The notes under the pieces are model-generated. The model did not search any database. It had not been told where the DNA came from and saw only the letters and a list, made by a program, of their open reading frames with translations. Positions 38,082 to 47,138 of a stretch of DNA of 64,000 nt are shown one piece after another. Position 1 is the first letter of the stretch, and each line of letters starts with the position of its first letter. The stretch comes from Nitrosopumilaceae archaeon. GTDB taxonomy: Archaea > Thermoproteota > Nitrososphaeria > Nitrososphaerales > Nitrosopumilaceae. The DNA lies in assembly GCA_965207375.1 (NCBI GenBank), contig OZ242274.1:1-64000 (forward strand), given 5' to 3'. The position numbers and the translations under genes are program-made.

Positions 38082-38508
38082 GATCCTTTTCTAACGGCTC
38101 AATCAAGGAATAAAGTTCCTTGTATTTTGATTCAAGAAACACCAACGCCTCTGAGAGTTTTTTGGATTTTCCATACTTGTATCGGATAAGCTCCCTGTGA
38201 TGCCAGAAGGTCTTGCCGTCTTTTACCGAAATGGTGGTAAAATAATCAGAACCCTTCAAAGAGTCCGGCATTGTAACATCATATGGAAAAAGAAACTCGG
38301 CAATAAACCACTCATCGCCGTCAGGATAATCAGAGCCCGTATCAATGTCGAAAAAAATATGCAACATGCTGCTTTGCATCAAACCGTCATCATTGATATC
38401 AGGATGTTTAATGCCTGATTTTTGAAAGTCTAAATTAAGCAGCTGTGGTTCAAAAAAACCTTTGATGATGGACTTGCGAAATATTTGGTTGGCCTCATTG
38501 ATGTTCAA
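38074..38508 (-). CDS. Conserved hypothetical protein
   Basis: 144 aa ORF downstream of the OFOR beta gene. Confidence 0.75.
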   Translation of the reverse strand: MNINEANQIFRKSIIKGFFEPQLLNLDFQKSGIKHPDINDDGLMQSSMLHIFFDIDTGSDYPDGDEWFIAEFLFPYDVTMPDSLKGSDYFTTISVKDGKTFWHHRELIRYKYGKSKKLSEALVFLESKYKELYSLIEPLEKDLN

Positions 38509-38557
38509 GGATTAATGAGATTTCTCAAGCTTGCCTATAACTTCTTTGGGTGGCACA

Positions 38558-39520
38558 TCATACCTTCATAGAATCCAAGATTGAATCAATGTTGGTAATC
38601 GGCGTACCGTCTTTGGAGATTACCTGCTTTGCAGGAGGATTTTCCAAATAGTTTGGAATTTGGTCTGCAATACGGCGCGCATATGGGGTGATAAAGCCGT
38701 TTTTGTAAAATACCCCGATTGGAATTTTGTTTCCCCATTCTAGGGATTTTATCAGTGCCTGAGCCAGTTTTTCATCAAGCTCGGCAGCATCGTTTTCGTG
38801 TACTGTACCATCATAACCGGTGTCTTCTAATTTGTAAATTCTAGAATGGCGCTCTTGTGCCTCTTGTACCAAATCTACGCCTGCAAACCAATCACGGGTA
38901 TTGATATCATTATACGTAGGACATGGTTGTAGCACGTCTAAAAATGACAGTCCCTTGTGCTGGATTGCCTGAATAATTAGATCCTTGAGATGTCGTATAT
39001 CATATGAATAACCTCTTGCAACAAACGTAAAGCCGCTAGTAACTGCAAGCCCGATGGGATTTACGTTGTAATTGGTATTAGGTGATGGTAGAGATTTTGT
39101 TTTTTCTCCCAATTTGAGGGTGGGAGAGGCCTGTCCCTTTGTCAATCCATAAACCCCGTTATCAAATATGATATAGGTCATATCCACATTTCGTCGCCCT
39201 GCTGCAACAAAGTGTCCTGCACCAATGCCTAGTCCATCACCGTCTCCGCCTACGGCAACTATCGTCATTGCAGGATTGGCAATTTTTGCACCCTGGGCAA
39301 AGGTGAGAACCCTACCATGTAGCGTGTGAATTCCATACACATTGACATAGTGAGATGTTTTTCCCGAGCAACCAATACCGGAAAATAATGCTGCACAGTC
39401 TCGTTTTATTTCCATTTCAGCCAAAGCCATCTGGATTGCATTGACAATTCCAAAATCTCCACATCCTGGACACCAGTCATTGTGTACATCTGTTTTATAG
39501 TCAGCCAGCTTAAGCGCCAT
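38558..39520 (-). CDS. korB: 2-oxoacid:ferredoxin oxidoreductase beta subunit
   Basis: WCPGCGDF, SGIGCS, GGDGD...IG, DNGVYGLTKGQASPT. Confidence 0.95.
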   Translation of the reverse strand: MALKLADYKTDVHNDWCPGCGDFGIVNAIQMALAEMEIKRDCAALFSGIGCSGKTSHYVNVYGIHTLHGRVLTFAQGAKIANPAMTIVAVGGDGDGLGIGAGHFVAAGRRNVDMTYIIFDNGVYGLTKGQASPTLKLGEKTKSLPSPNTNYNVNPIGLAVTSGFTFVARGYSYDIRHLKDLIIQAIQHKGLSFLDVLQPCPTYNDINTRDWFAGVDLVQEAQERHSRIYKLEDTGYDGTVHENDAAELDEKLAQALIKSLEWGNKIPIGVFYKNGFITPYARRIADQIPNYLENPPAKQVISKDGTPITNIDSILDSMKV

Positions 39521-41420
39521 GTGTCAATATCTCACGTTTTTTCGCACTGTTTTGTAAAATGTTGTTCAATGATTCGTAAATTTCGGTACTAGTCATTGCT
39601 CTTCCTGTATACTTTAGAACATAATAGTCTATATCCCTGCCGGTGTTTTGTTTGAAGATCTTTCCTAGCTGTCCAGAGTGGTTGGCCTCAATGTCAATGA
39701 TTGCCTTTGTATTCTCAAGCAAGGACAGCACATGTTTGGTAGGAAACGGATGAATTAATTTTATTTGGACAAATCCAATATTTTTGCCCTCAATTTGTAA
39801 CATTTTGAGCGCGTCTAGTATCGGCCCCTTTGTAGAGCCCCAAGACACTATTGTAAACTCACCCAAACCATGGCAGACAATTTGCTCCTCTTTTGGTATC
39901 GTATCAAGTATCAAATCCAGTCTGGACATTCGTTTGTCCATCATCTGTACACGCATGACCGGATCCTCTGTAATATGGCCAAATTCGTCGCTTTCATCGC
40001 CAGTATTCCAAAAAATTCCATTTTTCATGCCTAATCGTGAACGCGGAGATACACCATCATCAGTTAGTGCAAATCTTTTGTACGATACATCATCTAATTC
40101 ATCTAATAGTTTTCCGCGCTGGATGGTTATTTTGTCTGGATCAAAGCGTTTGCATGTGACAACGGAGCTTGCAAGAAATTTGTCCATCATGTGTATTACA
40201 GGCAACTGAAAAATATCAGAATAGTTAAAACATAGGCCCGTATCGTAAAAGCTCTCCTCAACATCACCTGATGCATAAACCAACTTTGGAAAATCCCCGT
40301 GTCCTGCATTTACTGCAAACAGTAAATCATCCTGTCCGTGTCTTGTAGGCAGCCCCGTAGATGGACCGCTTCTTTGATACAGTGTTATTACTATTGGAAC
40401 CTCGTTTATTGCCGCCCATCCCAAGGCTTCAGTCATGAGCGCAAATCCGGGGCCAGATGTAGATGTTGAAGAACGAGTGCCAGTCAATGCAGCACCTATC
40501 ATCATTCCCATGGCAGAAATTTCGTCCTCGGTCTGAATTACTACAGTACTTGCAGTATCCTGATTTTTGACATCAAGTATCTGGTGTGATTCCAAATATA
40601 CGCTCTCATCAGATGCAGGCGTGATTGGGTAATACGATTGGAACCTACATCCAGATACGATCTTGCCAATCGATGTTCCTTCATAACCCTGAACTAGAAT
40701 TGTTCCCTGCTCTTTTGCAACACCGGGCAGATTAATCTCAAGGCTTGGAAATTTAGCAGATGCATAATTGTAAGAATAGTTTGCAGCCTTTTTGTTTAGT
40801 TCTGCAATCTGTGGTTTTTGAGAAAATATAGAATCAATAGAATCTAAAAGTTGTTCAGAGGAAAGCTTGATCAGTCCGCAAGAAAGCGAGACTCCTATAA
40901 CATTGAACATTCTGACAAGGTTTTTTAGTTTTGGATTACCTGTTTCTTCAGCAAGACTAGCCAAGATAGATTTGAATGAGACAGGAAGCAATCTTACGCC
41001 GCGTTTTTGTGCAAGCTCTAGGGCAGACCGTATAGTAAACGGTTTACCCTCAGAGGAAAAAACAGAGTGTAGTCGCTGCTTGAATTGAGAGTCAAGTGTG
41101 AGTACTCTGTCAGTTATAATATCCTCTAGTGCAGAATCGTAAATTATTGAGCCCGTGCTTCTTACCTGATCATAATGGCGAAAGATAGTTTCTGCATCAA
41201 AGGAGGTCATCAGATCAACCTCGTTGACATTGGATGCGATTTTTTGATCCGAAACCCGGACTATAAAGTAGCTGTGCTCACCCTTGATATTAGAATAAAA
41301 CTCACGCTTGCCAAATATCTGATATCCTAGCTTTGCACATACCTTGGAGAAAATGTTAGCGCCAGATTCTACTCCACTGCCCTGAGGACCTCCGATTAAC
41401 CAAGAAAAATCAACGGTCAT
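39510..41420 (-). CDS. korA: 2-oxoacid:ferredoxin oxidoreductase alpha subunit
   Basis: GGPQGSGV, YYPITPAS, QTEDEISA, TSGPGF, QRSGPSTGLPT. Confidence 0.95.
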   Translation of the reverse strand: MTVDFSWLIGGPQGSGVESGANIFSKVCAKLGYQIFGKREFYSNIKGEHSYFIVRVSDQKIASNVNEVDLMTSFDAETIFRHYDQVRSTGSIIYDSALEDIITDRVLTLDSQFKQRLHSVFSSEGKPFTIRSALELAQKRGVRLLPVSFKSILASLAEETGNPKLKNLVRMFNVIGVSLSCGLIKLSSEQLLDSIDSIFSQKPQIAELNKKAANYSYNYASAKFPSLEINLPGVAKEQGTILVQGYEGTSIGKIVSGCRFQSYYPITPASDESVYLESHQILDVKNQDTASTVVIQTEDEISAMGMMIGAALTGTRSSTSTSGPGFALMTEALGWAAINEVPIVITLYQRSGPSTGLPTRHGQDDLLFAVNAGHGDFPKLVYASGDVEESFYDTGLCFNYSDIFQLPVIHMMDKFLASSVVTCKRFDPDKITIQRGKLLDELDDVSYKRFALTDDGVSPRSRLGMKNGIFWNTGDESDEFGHITEDPVMRVQMMDKRMSRLDLILDTIPKEEQIVCHGLGEFTIVSWGSTKGPILDALKMLQIEGKNIGFVQIKLIHPFPTKHVLSLLENTKAIIDIEANHSGQLGKIFKQNTGRDIDYYVLKYTGRAMTSTEIYESLNNILQNSAKKREILTHGA

Positions 41421-41460
41421 GACAATCAACATGTCTTGTATAATTTAACAGTGTTTCCAA

Positions 41461-41601
41461 TCAACCACCTGTTGCTGCATCAAATAATGCACACTCACAT
41501 TTGTCTAGTTCACCGCAATAAGGACATACACATACACATTTTTCGATAGAATTTCCACATTCCACACAAATTGCAAATTCTTCTGAATCGTCAGAAGCCA
41601 C
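41461..41601 (-). CDS. 46-aa cysteine-rich protein (8 Cys) ending in Gly-Gly
   Basis: Below the ORF-track cutoff. GTG start; MASDDSEEFAICVECGNSIEKCVCVCPYCGELDKCECALFDAATGG. Confidence 0.7.
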   Translation of the reverse strand: MASDDSEEFAICVECGNSIEKCVCVCPYCGELDKCECALFDAATGG

Positions 41602-41655
41602 TTCGTTGTTGCTAAGATGAAATGTTATAAATGGTTTGAGGTAAAAGGCAGTTTC

Positions 41656-42624
41656 ATGAGGAAAAAGGTGCTACTTACAAGAAAATTGCATCCATTTGCA
41701 ATGCAAGAGTTGAAGAAAAAATTTGCAGTAAAAATCCATGCGGGAGAAATTCCAATGCCAAAAAATGAGTTAATTTCGCAAATCAGAGACGTTGAGGGTC
41801 TTGTCTGTTTTCCGTATGACAAAATAGACAAGACAGTAATTGATGCAGCAGACAATCTCAAGGTGATCAGCACGTATAGTGTGGGCTTTGACCACATAGA
41901 TATACAACATGCAAAAAATGCAAAGATCCGTGTAGGATATACACCCAAGGTGTTAACTGATGCCACAGCAGAGCTGACCATGGCCATAATTTTAGATGTC
42001 TTGCGCAGGGTTTCAGAAGGTGACAGAGTCATCCGCAACGGATTATGGCAGCAGATCTATAGTGCAGATGAATTTGTCGGATCCGATGTAAGGGGCAAGA
42101 CGCTTGGAATTTTGGGCCTCGGCAGGATAGGGGAGGCAGTAGTAAAAAGGGCAGGTGTCTTTGGCATGAAAATAATCTATCACAACAGAACTAGATTGTC
42201 AGGTACAAAAGAAGGCATGCTGGGTGTAAAATTTGCATCATTTGAAAAATTGATTGGTACAAGTGACGTGATATCTTTGCATGTACCGCATACAAAAGAC
42301 ACCGAGAAAATAATTGATTATACAGTATTAAAACAGATGAAAAAGACTGCATTTTTGATAAATACCGCAAGAGGAAAAATAATCAATGAAAAAGATCTCA
42401 TAAAGGCACTAGAACAAAAAGAGATAGCAGGGGCCGCACTAGACGTATTTGAGAATGAACCAATTTCTAAAAATCACAGATTGACAAAATTAGAAAATGT
42501 GGTATTGGTCCCACACATTGGAAGTTCTACAAGGGAAACTAGAGAAAAGATGGCAGAGGTCACATTAAATAATTTAAAGCTTGGAATAAACGGTAAAAGG
42601 CCGGTTTATTCGGTAGGATACTAG
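41656..42624 (+). CDS. D-2-hydroxyacid dehydrogenase (glyoxylate reductase type)
   Basis: SVGFDHID, GILGLGRIG, INTARG, LDVFENEP, PHIGS. Confidence 0.93.
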   Translation: MRKKVLLTRKLHPFAMQELKKKFAVKIHAGEIPMPKNELISQIRDVEGLVCFPYDKIDKTVIDAADNLKVISTYSVGFDHIDIQHAKNAKIRVGYTPKVLTDATAELTMAIILDVLRRVSEGDRVIRNGLWQQIYSADEFVGSDVRGKTLGILGLGRIGEAVVKRAGVFGMKIIYHNRTRLSGTKEGMLGVKFASFEKLIGTSDVISLHVPHTKDTEKIIDYTVLKQMKKTAFLINTARGKIINEKDLIKALEQKEIAGAALDVFENEPISKNHRLTKLENVVLVPHIGSSTRETREKMAEVTLNNLKLGINGKRPVYSVGY

Positions 42625-42884
42625 CCAATCTGAATCAGATCATCGCCAGAGCCCTTTATACAATCTGTTCCAACTGCCTTTAATGTTTCAAAGTTGATTT
42701 TCCCGTTTGGAATTTTGCCTTCCTGTTGTAGCAATTTTATTTTTGCAGACACACCAGTTTTGTGCCGCCTGCATGTCACGCCAATCATAAATTCATCAGA
42801 ATCTACAATTACTGAGATGATAAATTCTGGTGGATTTACGCATTGTTTTTTGTTTTCTGATACGGTACAACGGTCCGGTAGCAT
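42621..42884 (-). CDS. Conserved hypothetical protein with Cys residues
   Basis: MLPDRCTV...CVNPPEF...GVTCRRH...VGTDCI. Confidence 0.75.
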   Translation of the reverse strand: MLPDRCTVSENKKQCVNPPEFIISVIVDSDEFMIGVTCRRHKTGVSAKIKLLQQEGKIPNGKINFETLKAVGTDCIKGSGDDLIQIG

Positions 42885-42958
42885 ACGACAAATGGTACAA
42901 AACAGGATTATTAATCTTGCATGTCAAAGCTTAAACTAAGAATGGACAGTATCAAAAT

Positions 42959-44257
42959 ATGCACGCAGATATTGGAATAATTGGCGGGGGTATTGTAGGT
43001 ACAACACTTGCATATTTTCTATCACAACTCAATCCAGCAAAAAAAATCTGCGTAATAGAACAAGAATGCAATGTCGCCTTGCACACTAGCAGCAGAAATA
43101 CCGGAAAGATTCATGCACCATATCTTTACAATCCAGAAACAAAAAAGATCTTTGCAAAGGCCGCATTTGCAGGCTTTGAGATGTGGAAGACATATGCACG
43201 AATCAAAAATCTGCCCTTCAAAGAAGATGGAATAGTTGAGGTCGCCTCAGATCAAAGAGGCACAGATGTTTTGAAAAAATACATGAGATGGGCAAAGGTC
43301 AACGGACTGTCTGAGGACGATATTGAATTTTTAGACAAAAATGAAATGAAAAATAGAGAGCCCCAAATCCAATGTGAGAATGCAATTTTTTGTTCAAGGG
43401 ACGGTTCTGTAGATTATGGCAAACTCACACATGCGCTAAAAAAAGACGGTGAGGAGGCAGGTGCATTATTTGTGTTAAACAACAAAGCCATTGGAATCAG
43501 AAAAAAAGAAAAAATCCAAGTGTCACTGAACAATTCAGAAACAATACATACAGACTTTTTGATAAATGCTGCAGGCGGGGAGGCAGTAGATATTGCACAC
43601 AAGCTAGGAATGGCACAGAATTATACTGATGTTCATTTTAGAGGAGAGTACTGGAAGGCACCTGACGAGTACAGACATTTGACTGCTGCTAGTGTCTATT
43701 CGGTACCGGAATTTCCAGAGTATCCATTTTTGGATCCGCATTGGATAGTCAGAGTCGATGGGAGTTGTGAGATAGGGCCAAATGCAGTACCAGTCTTTAG
43801 CCCGTATGGCTATGACAATATAGAAAACATCAAAGAGTTTGTTCCCAAAATGTTGGAAATGTTAAGCTCAGGTGCAAGAAAGGCAATTTTTGACAGTAGA
43901 TTTCAGAGTCTAGCACTAAATGAGATTACATCATCGCTGTCAAAAACTGCAATGATTAAAAGGGTGCAAAATTTTTTGCCAAAGATTAATCCTGACAGAT
44001 TTATAGAAAAGGGATTTGCAGGAATCAGATCATCTGTAATTAACAGTGATGGAAGATTCGAGCCTGATGTAATTTTGGAAAGACAACAAGGTGTGCTTAA
44101 TATTTTAAACTACAACTCGCCTGGGGCATCTGGGGTATTGCCATTTTGCGCGTATCTAATCGACCAATTGGACAAGGATGGATTTTTGCAGTATGATAAA
44201 AAAATGGACAGTTGCGGGCCCTGGAGATTTTCAGAGATTGTAGAAACCATGAGATAG
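42959..44257 (+). CDS. FAD-dependent oxidoreductase (L-2-hydroxyglutarate oxidase-like)
   Basis: IIGGGIVG, HTSSRNTGKIHA, FRGEYW, GPNAV, NSPGASG. Confidence 0.9.
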   Translation: MHADIGIIGGGIVGTTLAYFLSQLNPAKKICVIEQECNVALHTSSRNTGKIHAPYLYNPETKKIFAKAAFAGFEMWKTYARIKNLPFKEDGIVEVASDQRGTDVLKKYMRWAKVNGLSEDDIEFLDKNEMKNREPQIQCENAIFCSRDGSVDYGKLTHALKKDGEEAGALFVLNNKAIGIRKKEKIQVSLNNSETIHTDFLINAAGGEAVDIAHKLGMAQNYTDVHFRGEYWKAPDEYRHLTAASVYSVPEFPEYPFLDPHWIVRVDGSCEIGPNAVPVFSPYGYDNIENIKEFVPKMLEMLSSGARKAIFDSRFQSLALNEITSSLSKTAMIKRVQNFLPKINPDRFIEKGFAGIRSSVINSDGRFEPDVILERQQGVLNILNYNSPGASGVLPFCAYLIDQLDKDGFLQYDKKMDSCGPWRFSEIVETMR

Positions 44258-44746
44258 AGTCATCCATGTTAACTAAGTCGTGTTACTGTTTACTGTGTAA
44301 CACTTCGACTTTCTGAAGTTATGTGCGTAAAAAACGCCAAACTCTTGATTTTTACATTTGATTCAGGCATAGTACTTCATAAAGTCGATCTGTTACGTTA
44401 CTGTGTGTTTTGCCCCTAGATTGCAAGAGATCGTGAAGCTTTGCAATACAATCAAAGCACAACCTTAGATCCCGCTCAAATTCACGCCTAATCCAATAAA
44501 TCAATTATTCATTTTGTGCTTTTGCAATTGTGGACCTGAGATTGTACCAATCAAATCTTTTCTCAAGCTTTTGCTGCCTTTTGCCCCTAGACAAGCAAAT
44601 ACACAAGATATCAGAAAATTTTGATTCAGTGTTGTACTCTAGTCATTTTGATTTTAGGATTGATTCTAGGCACATTTACGCAAACTGGACTGTTGAAAGC
44701 TAAGATATTATATAATCAAATTCGGTTTTATTTTGTCAAAGGACAT

Positions 44747-44846
44747 GCCGGGGTCGCCTAGCCTGGTAGGGCGCGCGCCTGGAAATAATATACACCATAA
44801 AGCGCGTTCTCGCAAGGGAACGGGAGTTCAAATCTCCCTCCCGGCG
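44747..44846 (+). tRNA. tRNA-Ser (GGA) with a 16-nt intron at 37/38 (44785-44800)
   Basis: GCCGGGG/TCCCGGC acceptor stem, CGCGC-CT-GGA-A^A-GCGCG, long variable arm TTCTCGCAAGGGAA, GGGAG-TTCAAAT-CTCCC. Confidence 0.93.
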
Positions 44847-44874
44847 CCTTTCTTGTTATGTGTGGCCACAAGGT

Positions 44875-44976
44875 CAGCTAAACGAAATGTATGCAAAATA
44901 GACCAAAATCTACCCCAAAATGCAAACAGGACAACAGAGACTGGGACAAGAATTTGAGCTACATTTCGCTTAGCTG
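44875..44976. mobile_element. 102-bp MITE, copy 2
   Basis: TIR CAGCTAAACGAAATGT/ACATTTCGCTTAGCTG; near-identical core to 35136-35235. Confidence 0.88.
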
Positions 44977-45430
44977 TTTGATCGCAACTGTTGCAAGGTC
45001 AATGTCAGGTCACGACTTTGTTTTTTCAAATGTGTGGAAAAACTATTGATTATTAGTTAGATCTGCTATAACACTAGAAAATTCAAGTCCCGTAGAAATG
45101 ATATTATAAAATCTTGAAGTGATGCGACCAGTCTATGTGTAGTTGAATAATTTTTCAAGCGTATCTACAATACTAGTTTGCAGTGTATAGTCTATCTGTA
45201 GAATGGCATTACAGTAATTCTTGTATGTTGAATCGATGTTTTCTTTTGTGAACTTTCCCAGCCTTACTCCATCTTCACAGTATATGATTTTGTTAATGTA
45301 TCTGTTGCGATCCTTGATCCTTCCAAATATATCTTGGATTGGCTGTTGCATGACATGATCCAGAAAGTTGATCTCACCTGAGGAAATCAACGAGTCATAC
45401 ACATCATGGTTCAAAAAAACAGCATATATT

Positions 45431-46726
45431 CAGTAGATGGAAAAACCTATCAAAAAAGTGAAAAATCGACATATTTTGACAGAAAATTGAATTATTTTTG
45501 ATCTATGGATCTAAAAGAATGGTGAGCCTACCCACTTTAGTGCGTCAACAAAAAAGTGGGCAAACACACCGAAGAGAGATTGGGACAAGGATCTTTAATA
45601 TCTTCTCAAACACACTTGGAACTGCAGGTATACAATTTGGCACAGCAGACAATACAAAATACAAACTAGTAAATTTTACAACAATGTTAACTGAAATGAG
45701 TCGTTCTCGTATCACTGCCGAATCCGTAGCTGCAGATTTTGAAACTAACAAAGATGCACCAGGTGGAAAATGGATACGCAACATGATAAATGGCATGAGT
45801 TCTGATCAAACAGAACATGTCTGCAATGAAATGATACTCCAGACAGCACGACCTGCAATAAAAACAATAATTCACAAAACAGACACACTGATTGCAATGG
45901 ACAAACATCTCATACCAAGATACGACAAGGGCAGTTTGGCTTATCTGATACGGTCCAAATCATACAAGGGCACCACCAAATTTGAGGCTTATGCTACCAT
46001 GCAGATAGTAGCTAAAGATGAAAATCCTACCCTAGACTGTGTTCCAATAACCAAAGACGATTCTGATGTAGATTTCGTGCGTAGATTTGCCAAAAATCTA
46101 CAAAAATACAAGATTCATCCACGCCTTTTGCTGCTAGATAGAGAATTTTTCTCAGTAGAGGTCATGGAATCACTGTACGAAAATCATTATACGTTTCTTA
46201 TGCCAGCAGTAAAAAACGCCATAATCAAAAATAGCATTATAAAATTCCACGAAGGAAAAGCAGATGCAGTGTCGTCTCATACCATGAAAAACAAAGATGG
46301 ACAAGAATTCACCTTTACACTAGTTATCAGAAAATCCAAAAAGTACAATGATCCTGATGCTAAAATAATTGAAAAGTATGTAGTCTTTGCCACCAATTTA
46401 TCACAGGAGCGTGCCATCAAAGAGATTGAGATGCTGCCAAAGGCGTATCGTCGTAGGTGGGGAATAGAGACAGGCTACAGACAGCTAGAACAATTCAGAC
46501 CTAGAACCAGTAGTCGCAATCATCTGTTTCGGATTTTTCTGTTTTTTATTTGCGTTTTCATGCGCAACATGTGGACATTGATGCGATATGATGACGTATC
46601 ACAGTCAAACATTACAATGAGACAGATGATCGGCGCAGTTATGGTGTGTGCTGTACAATATATCAGAATTGTTGGAATGCCGTACGATGCAGGTGGCGCA
46701 GGTTAGGGGTGAATTTCCATCTACTG
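45431..46726 (+). mobile_element. ISH3-family (IS4 superfamily) insertion sequence
   Basis: 13-bp TIR CAGTAGATGGAAA/TTTCCATCTACTG; 5-bp target duplication ATATT at 45426-45430 and 46727-46731. Confidence 0.92.
45519..46706 (+). CDS. ISH3-family DDE transposase
   Basis: IAMDKH, LLLLDREFFS, YRRRWGIETGYR. Confidence 0.92.
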   Translation: MVSLPTLVRQQKSGQTHRREIGTRIFNIFSNTLGTAGIQFGTADNTKYKLVNFTTMLTEMSRSRITAESVAADFETNKDAPGGKWIRNMINGMSSDQTEHVCNEMILQTARPAIKTIIHKTDTLIAMDKHLIPRYDKGSLAYLIRSKSYKGTTKFEAYATMQIVAKDENPTLDCVPITKDDSDVDFVRRFAKNLQKYKIHPRLLLLDREFFSVEVMESLYENHYTFLMPAVKNAIIKNSIIKFHEGKADAVSSHTMKNKDGQEFTFTLVIRKSKKYNDPDAKIIEKYVVFATNLSQERAIKEIEMLPKAYRRRWGIETGYRQLEQFRPRTSSRNHLFRIFLFFICVFMRNMWTLMRYDDVSQSNITMRQMIGAVMVCAVQYIRIVGMPYDAGGAG

Positions 46727-46966
46727 ATATTCTCTGGTCATAGTATAGCATCTTCTTCTTCTGGAATCCCTTTTTGCCTGTTAGCGTATGTAGTGTGTCT
46801 TCCAGCTCACTGTACAAGTTTTTTGAGGTGCGTTTTCTTCTAGCAGATTCGTCATGCCATTTCTTCAGAAAATAAAACACGGGTGTTCCTATTAGAGAAC
46901 TTATTGTAGATAATCTAACTATTAACTCCAAACTGTCCTGTTCCCAATAATTTGACAGATATTCTA

Positions 46967-47089
46967 TCATTTGATCTTCTTTGCTGGTAATTCAGGGGCA
47001 TCCACTATTCCTACCGGTGCCTCCCTAGCACCAGTAAGTGGACCTTCAAACTGAGTTTCTATAGATTTGATTGCCTTATCATCAGTCAT
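46967..47089 (-). CDS. 40-aa peptide coupled by an ATGA overlap to the IS-split gene
   Basis: MTDDKAIKSIETQFEGPLTGAREAPVGIVDAPELPAKKIK; its stop overlaps the next ATG. Confidence 0.5.
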   Translation of the reverse strand: MTDDKAIKSIETQFEGPLTGAREAPVGIVDAPELPAKKIK

Positions 47090-47138
47090 AAAATAAGATC
47101 AGACGTGCTTGCTAATAAATTGTATGAACTCAGCAGTA

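Larger units (their letters stand above)
45133..46970 (-). pseudogene. 178-aa single-TM protein gene split by the ISH3-family insertion
   Basis: Removing 45431-46726 and one ATATT copy joins ...MLYYDQR-I-YAVFLNHDVYDSL... in frame. Confidence 0.85.

Noticed and set aside
44408-44591. 13-bp direct repeat TTTTGCCCCTAGA (44408-44420 and 44579-44591)
   Set aside because: Only two copies with no enclosed ORF or TIR; cannot be assigned a function.
44733-44957. 74-aa ORF
   Set aside because: Runs through tRNA-Ser and the MITE; spurious.
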